This document shows, one piece after another, positions 51,994 through 61,798 of a DNA stretch of 64,000 bases. The DNA is taken from the NCBI GenBank assembly GCA_046330185.1, contig JAXLTF010000010.1, positions 330 through 64,329 on the forward strand, given 5' to 3'. Origin of the DNA: Actinomycetota bacterium (lineage in GTDB: Bacteria; Actinomycetota; UBA4738; HRBIN12). The position numbers and the translations under genes are program-made. The notes beneath the pieces were generated by a model. It saw only the letters and a list, made by a program, of their open reading frames with translations, did not search any database and had not been told where the DNA came from. Each line of letters opens with the position of its first letter. Positions within the stretch are counted from its first letter, which is position 1.

Positions 51994-52050
51994 TTCTTCT
52001 TCTTCTTCTTCTTCTTCTTCTTCTTCTTCTTCTTCTCCTTCTTCTTCTTC
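51994..52050. repeat. Trinucleotide microsatellite (TTC)14-TCC-(TTC)4, a pure polypyrimidine/polypurine tract
   Basis: Counted directly: 19 triplets, 57 nt. It lies between the convergent pepN (stop 51877) and fadH-like (stop 52091) genes at the GC-content step. Confidence 0.95.
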
Positions 52051-52090
52051 TCGTGGATTCGATGGCGGGAGCGTGGTCGAACTCGTCGAT

Positions 52091-53085
52091 TCACATCAGC
52101 TCATCGGCTAGGCGCGCCGCCCGCGCCGTGGCTTCTAGGATCGTCCCCACGCTGTGGCAGTCGCCGACGAGGTGCGTCGGTTGGTTCGCCTTGACCTCGT
52201 TGAACAAGTCGCGGTTGGGCCGGACACCGACTGCCAACACGAGGTTTTCATAGGGCAGCTGCGCGACCGAACCGCTAACCATATCCACGGCCTCGATGCT
52301 GGAGCTGGTTGCGGATAGCACCTTGGTTCGGGTGCGTACCTCGACACCATGTTCAGCGAACCCCGCCCGAAAGAAGTCGCGGATTGAAGCGTCCTCGGTC
52401 GGCGCGACGTCCGCGAGGGTTTCGACGATTGTGATGGCCACGCCGCGCTGCGCCAGGAACATGGCCACATCGCATCCGATTTGACCGGCACCTATAACCA
52501 ACGCCGACCCCTGGAGCTCCCAGGACCCGCCGAAGACCTCCAAGTAGGTTATGGGAGGAGTGCCTTCCGCCATCAGCGCTGCTGGAATGACGGGCGCACT
52601 CCCTGTCGCGACCACCAGGATATCCGGTTCGACCTGTGCTACGAGCTCGACCGTCGCTGACTCGCCCACCAAGACGTCAACGCCTTCACGCTCGAGACGG
52701 TGACTGTAGAAGCGGACGAGCGAGTCGAGGTCGCGCTTGAAGGATGGCGTTCTGGCGAACCGAAGTTGACCACCGACCTCCTCTGCCTCCTCGAAGAGCC
52801 GTACCCGATGGCCCTGGCTCGCCGCTCTGAGGGCGAACTCCGCGCCGCCAGGACCGGCTCCCACGACCATCACTTCTCTGGAAGCTGTGACGGCGGGCCG
52901 GAGAGTCGAGAATCGCTTCTGCCCCAGGTCTGGGTTGACGTTGCATCGCATGGCTAGATCCTGGTCGATCCGATGGATACAACCGTGGTTGCAGCCGATA
53001 CACGGGCGAATATCCTTCTCGCGATTCTCCTGAGCCTTGTTCGCCCACTCAGGGTCGCTGAGTAGGGCTCTAGCTAGGGCGACGA
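52091..53085 (-). pseudogene. 2,4-dienoyl-CoA reductase / NADH:flavin oxidoreductase-like gene, 5'-truncated (only the Fe-S linker and FAD/NAD domains remain)
   Basis: The minus-strand reading ...VALARALLSDPEWANKAQENREKDIRPCIGCNHGCIHRIDQDLAMRCNVNP... continues into the 286-aa ORF (VVGAGPGGAE, VIGAGQIGCDVA). The ~330-aa OYE barrel that normally precedes this is absent. The upstream boundary is uncertain by about 25 nt. Confidence 0.7.
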
Positions 53086-55050
53086 CGGTCGAGTGGGTGG
53101 AGTTGGACTACGACCCGCTACCTGCGGTAGTCGACGTCGACGTCGCCTTCGCGGATCACGGGCCGTTCGTCTATCCGGAGTTCGGTTCGAACAGGTGCTA
53201 TACGCTTTCGTATACCACGGGGGATCTCGATGCCGCCTTCGCGGACGCAGACGTTGTCGTCCAGCGCACGCTGAGGATTCCGAGGCTGATTCCGAGTCCC
53301 ATGGAGACCCGCGCCGTAGTCGCTCAGCCGCTCCCCAGAGGAGAGTTCGCGCTCTGGACGTCGACCCAGGTGCCTCACGTTGTACGTCGCACGATCGCGC
53401 CCTGTGTGGGTATCCCCGAGGAGCAGCTTAGGGTGATCGTTCCGGATGTCGGCGGTGCGTTCGGGGTGAAGCTGAACGTCTATGCTGAGGAAGCTCTCAT
53501 GCTTGCCCTCGCTCGCCGGCTCGAGCGACCCGTGAAATGGATCGAATCTCGCTCGGAGAGTCATCTGGCCAGCACCCATGGTCGGGGCCAGGTCCAGAGG
53601 ATGGAACTAGCGGCTCGTGAGGACGGCAAGTTGCTGGCGGTGAAGGCCTCGATGATCGCGTCGATGGGAGCATACCTCCAGCTCGAAACCCCCGGGATCC
53701 CGGCCCTGGGGAAGTTCTTGTGCGCTGGCGTTTATCACGCGGACGCTTACGCCTTCGAAGTGACGGGGGTCTTCACCAATCAGACTCCTACTGGAGCGTA
53801 TCGCGGGGTCGGCCGGGCCGAAGCCATATATGCGATCGAGCGGATGATGGATGTGCTTGCGCGCGAAATCGATGTCGATCCTGCGGAGGTGCGTCGGCGA
53901 AACTACCTGCCTAGAGGAGAGAAGGTAACGAATGCAGCCGGCATCCCATACGACTCCGTTGATCTCGAAGCCACACTAGATCGCGCTCTTCAGCTCATCG
54001 GCTACGACGAGCTTCGGCAAGAACAGGCTTCTCGACGAGCGAAGCGACATTCCCATGAGCTTGGGATCGGAATTGTGTCCTACGTGGATTCGTGCGGCGC
54101 TGGGCCCTCTCCCATCATGGCGCTCTCGAACTATCGCGGGGGTGCCTGGGAGTCTGGGCGTGTCCGAGTACTGTCGAGTGGGCGCATCGAAGTCTTGGCT
54201 GGGATAGTCCCACAGGGACAGGGCCACGACACGGTGCTTGCGCAGATCACCGCTGACGTCCTGGGCGTTACACCGGATGACGTGAAGGTTCTCCATGGCG
54301 ACACGGCCTCTAGTCCCCGCTGGGGTGGGGATGTTCAACTCGCGAGGTCTCGTGGTCGGTGGGACGGCGGTGCACCTCGCCGCTGAGAAGGTGCTGGACA
54401 AGACTGCGCGATGGCCGCGCACATGCTGGAGGCCGCGGCGGATGATGTTGTTTTCGAGGACGGAAGGTTCTTCGTCAGCGGCGCGCCCGATCAGGGGGTT
54501 ACGTTCGGTGAGGTTGTGCAGGCCCTGCACTTCGCACACTCGCTTCCTCGCGGATATGGAGCCAGGACCTTGACGAGCAGGTGATCCACGATCCGCCTGA
54601 TTTCACCATCCATTCGGGACGGCGTCGCCGCGGAGATCGACCTCGAAACCGGCGAGGTGCGTGTGACGCGGTATGTAGCGGTTGACGATTGCGGCAACGT
54701 GGTCAATCCCTTGCTCGTGGAGGGGCAGATCCACGGAGGGGTCGCCCAGGGCATAGGACAGGCGCTGTTCGAGGAGGCAGTCTTGCGGAGAAGGGCCAGC
54801 TCGAGAGCGGGTCCTTGCTCATACTCTGGTCCCGACCAGCGTCGAGCTCCCGACCCTCGAGATCGACCGGACGGTAACGCCCACGTGGGTGAATCCGCTG
54901 GGTGCGAAGGGAGCGGCTGAATCGGGCGCGGTCGCGGCTCCACCCGCTGTCATGAACGCAGTCGTGGACGCCTTGACGCCTGGCGCAAGTACGGACATGC
55001 CGGCGACACCGGAACGCGTGTGGTTGGCTATGCATGCCGTTCGTGTTTGA
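53086..55050 (+). pseudogene. Xanthine dehydrogenase/CO dehydrogenase-family molybdopterin subunit (CoxL-like), 5'-truncated and frameshifted
   Basis: It starts inside the family (VEWVELDYDPLPAVVD) with no N-terminal hammerhead domain. It is intact to about 54300, then FNSRGLVVGGTAVHLAAEKV / VRVTRYVAVDDCGNVVNPLLVEGQIHGG / LGAKGAAESGAVAAPPAVMNAVVDAL lie in different frames. Stop at 55048-55050. Confidence 0.75.
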
Positions 55051-55074
55051 CACATCGGGGGAGCGCGAAACCCA

Positions 55075-56098
55075 ATGGAAGACCACATCATGACCGTTCG
55101 TGGCCCGATCGGTCCAGATGAGCTCGGCCCGACCTCGATGCACGACCACGTCTTCTGGGATGCCTCCGAAGCGTGGTGGCTACCCGACTCGTTCGAAGAG
55201 CCGGAGCTCACCGATAGTCGTTTCGATGCGCACATCGGGGCTTTGCCCGATGGAACGCGCTAGGCATACGCGACAACCTCCCTGATGGACGTATGACCTC
55301 GACGGCCAGATCGAGGAGATCAGTGACTTCGCTTCTGCGGGGGGGACCTGCATCGTTGATCTCACGAACATCGGGATCTCGCCTGCTCCCGAGCATCTCA
55401 AGACGGTCTCCGAGATGCTCGACGTCCACGTCGTTGCCGGATGCGGCTATTACGTCCATCGGACCCACCGACCGTGGCTCGAAGATGCGAGCGTCGAACA
55501 CCTCGCAGAGACTATCGAGCGCGATGTAACTGAAGGGCTCGGAGAAACGGGGATCCGTCCGGGGATCATCGGGGAGATCGGAACGTCTGGGGAATGGTAC
55601 GACTGCGAGGAGCGTGCGCTTCGCGCCGCCGCACGAGCGGCCGTTCCCACCCGGCACTGCGGTGAACGTCCATACGACCGCCACCGGTCAGCCCGCGCCA
55701 CGGATCGTCGACGGTCCCGAGGAGGGAAGGATTCGACCCACGACGGCTGGTCGTTTCGCACCTGGACGAGGTGATCGACGAGTCGTACCACCGTCAGGTG
55801 CTTGAACGAGGCGCGACCATCGGGTTCGATAGCTTCGGATGTGATGTCTACTTCGGCGTCTGTGGAAGTCGCCGTCCGACGAGGAGAAGATCCAGGGCTG
55901 TTGATGGACCTCGAGATGGGCTATGAGGATCAGCGCAGCGCAGGGCACGACATCTCGCTGAAGTGCCAGTTGAAGCGTTTTGGAGGTCTGGGGTATGACC
56001 ACATCCTTCGAGGATTCGTCCCGACGCTTCATCATGGTCTGGATCAGGTCGTGATCGATAACCGCTGGTTGCGAATCCCCGTCGGTTTCACCCGCTGA
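55075..56098 (+). pseudogene. Phosphotriesterase-family (PTER/aryldialkylphosphatase-like) hydrolase, multiple frameshifts and an early stop
   Basis: MTVRGPIGPDELGPTSMHDHVFWD, then a stop. The blocks TCIVDLTNIG, HVVAGCGYY, GIIGEIGTS, VNVHT and LKCQLKRFGGLGYDHIL lie in alternating frames. Confidence 0.7.
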
Positions 56099-57124
56099 CT
56101 CGAATCGAGGCTGCCCATCGGCTTCCGGTGTGGGCTGCCCCCGGCTCCTCCCTATCCTGACCGCCATCGCGGCCAGTGCCCGCCCGTACTGGGCGCCGGC
56201 GTGGTACGGAGCTGCGCACGAGGGGTCCCGCTTCCACGTGCGCGATCCCCATCGCGGTGCCGGTGGCGGCGTGCTCGGCGAACTCGTCGGGCGTCACCCA
56301 CCGGTCCACCGGCAGGCGCTGCGGCGTTGGCCGCAGGTACTGTCCCATCGTCACCAGGTCGCATCCGCGTCGCGGAGGTCTCGGAGCGCCGGGCGGGCAC
56401 CTCGTCCGGGCGCTCGCCCATGCCGAGGATCAGGTTCTCGATCACGCCCGGGCGCAGGTGCTTTGGCGAGCCGGAGCACCCCGAGCGAGCGGTCGTAGCC
56501 GAACGCCGGACGGATCCTCGGGTGCAGCCGCCGCACGGTCTCGAGGTTGTGGGCGAACACGTCGGGTCCGCCTCCAGGACCGTCGCGAGGTCGCGCTCGC
56601 CGCCCTTCAGGTCGCTCGGAAGCACCTCGATGCGGCAGCCGGGTACCGCGTCGCGGACCGCGTGGACCGTCCGTGCCCAGATCCGGGCGCCCCCGTCGGG
56701 CAGGCCGTCGCGCGCGACCCCGGTGATCACGACGTGCCGAAGACCCATCGCCTCGACGGCCTCGGCGATCCGATCCGGCTCGCCCTCGTCGACCGGACCC
56801 GGTTTGGCCGTCATCACGTCGCAGAAGCCGCATCGCCTTGGTGCACTGGTCCCCGAGGATCAGGAACGTCGCCTCGCGCTGCTCCCAGCACTCGCCGAGG
56901 TTGGGACACATCGCCTCCTCGCAGACCGTGTGGAGGGAGCGTGTCCGCATCAGCTCTCGGAGCTCGGTCACGTTCGGCCCCGCGGAGAGCCGGACCTTCA
57001 GCCACGGCGGCTTGCGCTCACCGCGTGCGCTCACGCCTGCGCGCTCGGGCCCGGGTCCGTTCGTGACCCCGACGATCGGCAGGTGGAGGCGGCGCCCGGA
57101 TGGGCTGTGGTCGCGGAGCGGCAT
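56088..57124 (-). pseudogene. lipA: Lipoyl synthase, at least 3 frameshifts
   Basis: [22 protein letters not shown], the radical-SAM region, [43 protein letters not shown] and GPLVRSSYHAG are spread over three minus-strand frames. The 3' end is approximate. Confidence 0.8.
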
Positions 57125-57339
57125 CCGTTCGGGAGTCTAGCCGAAGCACTCACTGCGATCATGCGAATGGCCACGATCTCGAAGCCATCGGATCGGGGCC
57201 GTTCCGCAAACGAGTCACGCCCTCGATCAAGCCGGCCGGGTTCGGCAGGCGCGTTCATCGTCGTTCTTGGATGTCCCGTTCTCTCGATTCATTGCCGTGG
57301 ATGTCAGCGTGCGCTATGCGACGTTGGCGTGCAGGGCGC

Positions 57340-57790
57340 CGTAATCGCGTACTGAACCAGATGGAGTGGGCATCCCTTCGATCGCCGGCGGCGCCGTCGG
57401 GTTCCGCGATCAGCCGCGTCCTGGCCACAGGACGCGCTGGGCGTCGAGGATGGCGTCGTCGGTGAGCTGGACGAGCCGGTCGACACAGCGAGATGTGACG
57501 TCGAACGCGATGCCACCTCCCCTGGGCCTGCGCGAACAACGTCGGGCACGACGCCGGCTCCACCGCAACTACGGGCATCCGATCCCGAGGGCCGCGGCGA
57601 TCCCCGGAGATCCGGTCGCCGCCGCCGACCGCCACCAGTAAGGTGTCGGCGTCGGGCGCCTGCTCCTCGAGCTCGAGAGCGACCGAGCCTGGCCGGCGGC
57701 CACCTCGGGCTGGTCGAACGAGTGCAGGACGACCGCGCCGCCTCGATTGGCGGACGACTCAGGATCCGGCTCACCAGAGGTCGTAGCGAT
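57340..57790 (-). pseudogene. Decayed partial copy (3' half) of the neighbouring threonine/serine dehydratase gene
   Basis: Nucleotide blocks align by eye with 58330-58800 (e.g. GACGTCGAACGCGATG, GCCGCGGCGATCCC(C)GGAGATC, CTCCTCGAGCTCGAG, CCACCTCGGGCTGGTCGAACG) with indels and an internal deletion of about 60 nt. Confidence 0.6.
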
Positions 57791-57975
57791 CCCGGCCGAT
57801 ACCAGCGCCGTGGCCTGTCCGCGTTGACCGGCATCGCATCCCGATGACCAACGACTCTGCAGACGATGCCCGCCTCGTCCTGATGACCATGCGGCCGAAC
57901 TGGGCAACGTGTAGATCGGCACGGGGGAAGGTGAAGACGTTCCCATCCGCCAGCCGGATCCGGGTCCGCTGCGCC

Positions 57976-58197
57976 TCAGTGCGACCGTGAAGCCATCGCG
58001 CCCCGTGTCTCGCACTTCACGCCCCACCGTGGCGAGAAACACCAGATGTTGTTGTTCGGCGAGCGCCACTTGTTGTCTTCCCATCTGCGTTCCGCCGAGC
58101 GAGAACCAGTCGGTGACGCCGTCGTCGACGTCGCTGCAGCCATCAAACCAGCGACGATGAAGATGGCGACGAGGAGCCTCACCGTTCCTCGGGTCAT
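57976..58197 (-). CDS. Candidate small secreted protein (73 aa) in the lower-GC patch
   Basis: ATG 58197 preceded by GGGAGGTG. Signal-like N-terminus MTRGTVRLLVAIFIVAGLMAAA. It could equally be the 5' fragment of a frameshifted larger gene. Confidence 0.25.
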   Translation of the reverse strand: MTRGTVRLLVAIFIVAGLMAAATSTTASPTGSRSAERRWEDNKWRSPNNNIWCFSPRWGVKCETRGAMASRSH

Positions 58198-58277
58198 CTG
58201 CGACACCTCCCTCACGGGCACGCGACGTACCCAGCCACTCATACACCACCAGTGTCGGTCGTGTCGAACGCGTCCGT

Positions 58278-59216
58278 TCAGTCGTCCAGGAACCTGAGGT
58301 CGGCGTTCGCGCCGCAGACCAGGACGACCACCCGTTCACCCGGCTCCGGCACGTACGCTCCGCTCAGGACCGCGGCGAGCGCCGCAGCGCCGCCGGGCTC
58401 CGCGACCAGCCGGGTCTCGAGCCACAGGGCGCGCTGCGCGTCGAGGATGTCGTCGTCGGCGACCCGAACCAGCCGGTCCACCCATCGGGAGGTGACGTCG
58501 AACGCGATGTCACCGATCCGCTTCGCCCCGAGGGAATCGACCGCCAGCCCGCCGACCTCGACCTCCACCGGCTCTCCGGCCTCTCGCGCGGCGAACAGCG
58601 TGGGGCACGCGACCGGCTCCACGGCGACCACGCGGGCCCGGTCCTCGAGGCCCGCGGCGATCCCGGAGATCAGCCCGCCGCCGCCGACCGCGACCAGAAC
58701 CGTGTCCGCGTCGGGGACCTGCTCCTCGAGCTCGAGCCCGATCGAGCCCTGGCCCGCCGCCACCTCGGGCTGGTCGAACGGGTGCATCACCAGCGCGCCG
58801 GTCTCGACGGCGCGTTCCTCCATCGCGACCCAGGCCTCGTCGAACACGCCGGGCACGATCGTCACCGAGGCGCCGCGGGCGCGGATCCTCTCGGCCTTGA
58901 CCGGTGGCGAGGTGCTGGGCACGAACACCTCGGCCGCGTGGCCGAGCTCGTGCGCGGCGAACGCGACCGCCTGGCCGAAGTTCCCGCCGGACGCCGTGAT
59001 CACGCCGGCCTGGCCGACCTGCGCGGCGAGCATCTTGCTGAACGCCCCACGGGTCTTGAAGGAGCCGGTGTGCTGGAGCAGCTCGAGCTTCAGCACCATG
59101 GGAGCCCGCACCCCGAACGCGCCCGCGCCCGGCTCGAGGACGGGCGTCCGCCGTACGCGGCCCGCGATCCGGGCGGCCGCGGCCAGGACGTCGGCGCGGT
59201 CGATCGTGGCGGCCAT
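58278..59216 (-). CDS. PLP-dependent threonine/serine dehydratase (fold type II, no regulatory domain)
   Basis: 312 aa. PLP-lysine motif HTGSFKTRGA, glycine loop VAVGGGGLISG. Intact. Confidence 0.85.
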   Translation of the reverse strand: MAATIDRADVLAAAARIAGRVRRTPVLEPGAGAFGVRAPMVLKLELLQHTGSFKTRGAFSKMLAAQVGQAGVITASGGNFGQAVAFAAHELGHAAEVFVPSTSPPVKAERIRARGASVTIVPGVFDEAWVAMEERAVETGALVMHPFDQPEVAAGQGSIGLELEEQVPDADTVLVAVGGGGLISGIAAGLEDRARVVAVEPVACPTLFAAREAGEPVEVEVGGLAVDSLGAKRIGDIAFDVTSRWVDRLVRVADDDILDAQRALWLETRLVAEPGGAAALAAVLSGAYVPEPGERVVVLVCGANADLRFLDD

Positions 59217-59339
59217 CGCGACGTATCCAATCAGCGGGTCCGCGCCTTGACAGCCCCGAGCCCGCGCGGCTTATCGTTCGACGGCGAGCGACCCGGGTGG
59301 ACCGATGCGTTCGTCGTGCGCGCACCAGGGAGGGCACGC

Positions 59340-60795
59340 GTGACATCGGCAACCGTCGAAGGCGTCGAGGTCTCGACCGATCACTGGATCGGGGGGTCGC
59401 GCGTCGGCTCGCCGCGCACGTTCACGGACGTCTCGCCGATCGACGAGGCGCCGATCGCGGAGGTCGCCCGCGGCGGCTCCGACGAGGTCGACCTGGCGGT
59501 CGCGGCCGCGCAGGGCGCGTTCGAGACCTGGGGGACCACACCGCCTGGTGAGCGCGCGGCCGTCCTGCGGCGGATCGCCGACGGCGTGGATGTCCGGGTT
59601 CCCGATCTCGCGGCGGTCGAGACCCGCGACAACGGATCCCTGCTCCGCTCGATGCAGCGCTCCGTGATGCCGAGGGTCGCGCGGAACTTCCGGGCCTTCG
59701 CCGACCAGCTCGAACGGCTCCCGGGCGGGCCGACCGACCACGACGGCTTCGCCGAGCGCACGGCCTGGGACCCCGCCGGGGTCACAGCGGTCATGACTCC
59801 TGGAACGCACCGCCGATGTCGCGACCTGGCGGATCGCGCCGGCGCTCGCCGCGGGGAACACCGTCGTGCTGAAGCCGCCGGAGTGGGCGCCGCTCACGGC
59901 CTCGATGCTGGCGGAGATCGCGGCCGAGGCCGGACTTCCCGACGGCGCCTTCAACGTCGTGCAGGGGATCGGGGAGGAAGCCGGCGCTGCGCTCGTCGCC
60001 CACCCCGGCCTCAGCCGCGTCGCGTTCACCGGCTCGGTGGCGACCGGGCGCCTCGTGGCCGCCTCGGCCGGAGCGAACCTGACCCCGGTCTCCCTGGAGC
60101 TCGGGGGCAAGTCGCCGTTCGTCGCGTTCGCCGACGCGAACCTGGACGCCGTCGTCGCGCAGGCGGTCAACCAGTTCGACAACGCGGGCCAGGTCTGCCT
60201 GGCCAGCACGCGGCTGCTGGTGCAGGACACGATGTACGACGCGTTCCTGGAGCGGTTCGTGGACGCCGCCGCCGCGATCCGGCAGGGCGACCCGCGCGAC
60301 GGATCGACGGACCTCGGCCCGCAGATCACGCGGGAGCACCTCGAGCGCGTGGACGGCTACGTCCGGCGCGCGAAGGACGACGGCGCGAAGGCCGTGTTCG
60401 GCGGCGGACCCAACGAGGACCTCGGCGGCCTCTATTACCGGCCGACGCTGTTCGTCGATGCGCCGGATGGGTCCGAGATCCTGATGCAGGAGGTGTTCGG
60501 GCCGGTCCTGACGCTGCAGCCGTTCGGCGACGAGGACGAGGCGGTCGCGCTCGCGAACGGCACCGACTTCGGCCTGGCCGCGATCGTGTACACCGGCGAT
60601 CCCGGGCGGGCCGAGCGCGTCTCGTTGCGCTTGGTCGCCGGCACGGTCTGGGTGAACTGCTTCTTCGTCCGCGACCTGGAGGCGCCGTTCGGCGGGTCCA
60701 GGGACTCCGGGATCGGCCGGGAGGGCGGTCTCCACAGCTTCGCCTTCTACGCGGACGTGAAGAACGTCTGCACCGCGCCCTGGGAAAGGAGCTGA
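59340..60795 (+). pseudogene. hpaE: 5-carboxymethyl-2-hydroxymuconate semialdehyde dehydrogenase-like aldehyde dehydrogenase, two frameshifts at about 59800-59850
   Basis: GTG preceded by GGGAGGG. ALDH motifs ELGGKSP and catalytic Cys (NAGQVCLA). The C-terminus VNCFFVRDLEAPFGGSRDSGIGREGGLHSFAFYADVKNVC closely parallels E. coli HpaE as I recall it. The TPWNAP..TWRIAPALAAGNTVVLKPPEW region needs two frame hops. Confidence 0.75.
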
Positions 60796-60797
60796 CG

Positions 60798-61778
60798 ATG
60801 GGTGAGGTCGTCGGCGCGGCGCTCGTCGCGCACGTCCCCACGATCATGCTGCCCGAGGCCACGCGCCTCGAGATCAACGACGGGAAGGAGATCACGCTCG
60901 TCCCCGGCCTGCGCCGGATGAAGAAGGAGTGCTTCGACCGGCTGAAGCCGGACACCGTGATCGTGTTCGACACGCACTGGGAGTCGACCTTCGAGCACAT
61001 CGTCACGGCGCACGACCGGAGGCAGGGACGCTTCACGAGCCACGAGCTGCCGCGCGGGATGGCCGGCATCCCCTACGACATGCCCGGCGACCCGGAGCTC
61101 GCGCGGCTGATCGCCAAGCAGGCCGAGGGTCGCGACGACACATGGATCCTCGCGAGCGACGATCCGTACCTGCCGATCTTCTACGGAACGGTCAACGTGT
61201 GGACGTTCCTGGGCGACCCGGACACATCGTGGCTCTCCGTGGCGATCAACCAGTGCTGCACGACGGAGGATTTCCTGCTGTTCGGCCGGCTGATCGGGGA
61301 CGCGATCCGCCAGAGCGACCGTCGGGTGGTGCTGCTGGCCTCGGGCGGCATGACGCACCGGTTCTACCCGTTCCGGGAGCTGCGCCAGCACGAGAGCTCG
61401 GCGGCACCGGAGAACATCCTTCACCTGGAGTCGTACGAGGCCGACCAGCGCGTGCTGAAGATGATGCGGGAGGGGGATCACGCCGGGATCATCGGGTGGA
61501 TGCCGGAGTACCGGAAGGCCGCGCCCGAAGGGCATTTCGGACACTTCCTGATGCTCTCCGCGGCGCTCGGCGGCGAGCGGTGCGGGGCGCCGGGCGAGCC
61601 GTACAGCGAGTACGAGGCGTCCGTGGGGACGGGCCAGGTCCACGTCTGGTTCGAGCGGCCGGCCGACGGCTGGACGGGTGGCGGCACGGCCGCGTCCGAA
61701 GCGGTGTCCGGCCACCCCGCGCCCTCCATGCTCGCGGACGTCGGCCCCGGCATCGAGCTGGACGGGAAGCAGATCTGA
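60798..61778 (+). CDS. hpaD: Homoprotocatechuate (3,4-dihydroxyphenylacetate) 2,3-dioxygenase-like LigB-family extradiol dioxygenase with ~40-aa C-terminal extension
   Basis: MGEVVGAALVAHVPTIML, DTVIVFDTHW, FTSHELPRGMAGIPYDMPGDPELARLIA and SVGTGQVHVWF parallel E. coli HpaD/HpcB blocks as recalled. It follows hpaE, as in the hpa operon. Confidence 0.75.
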   Translation: MGEVVGAALVAHVPTIMLPEATRLEINDGKEITLVPGLRRMKKECFDRLKPDTVIVFDTHWESTFEHIVTAHDRRQGRFTSHELPRGMAGIPYDMPGDPELARLIAKQAEGRDDTWILASDDPYLPIFYGTVNVWTFLGDPDTSWLSVAINQCCTTEDFLLFGRLIGDAIRQSDRRVVLLASGGMTHRFYPFRELRQHESSAAPENILHLESYEADQRVLKMMREGDHAGIIGWMPEYRKAAPEGHFGHFLMLSAALGGERCGAPGEPYSEYEASVGTGQVHVWFERPADGWTGGGTAASEAVSGHPAPSMLADVGPGIELDGKQI

Positions 61779-61798
61779 GCGACCCGTACCATCTCGGC

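Noticed and set aside
51708-52253. ORFs encoding poly-Lys (minus strand) or poly-Leu (plus strand) through the TTC repeat.
   Set aside because: They are products of reading a microsatellite. There is no SD, no recognisable domain, and the flanks are non-coding-like.
53044-53097. 7-nt inverted repeat (CCCACTC / GAGTGGG) as a hairpin or recombination site.
   Set aside because: A 7-mer match at 40-nt spacing is expected by chance. It is mentioned only as context for the deletion junction and is not called as a feature.
58782-61778. 998-aa ORF suggesting a fused ALDH-dioxygenase mega-protein.
   Set aside because: The middle of this ORF is an out-of-frame Arg-rich reading of the ALDH gene. The proper ALDH frame stops at 60795, and the dioxygenase has its own ATG at 60798.
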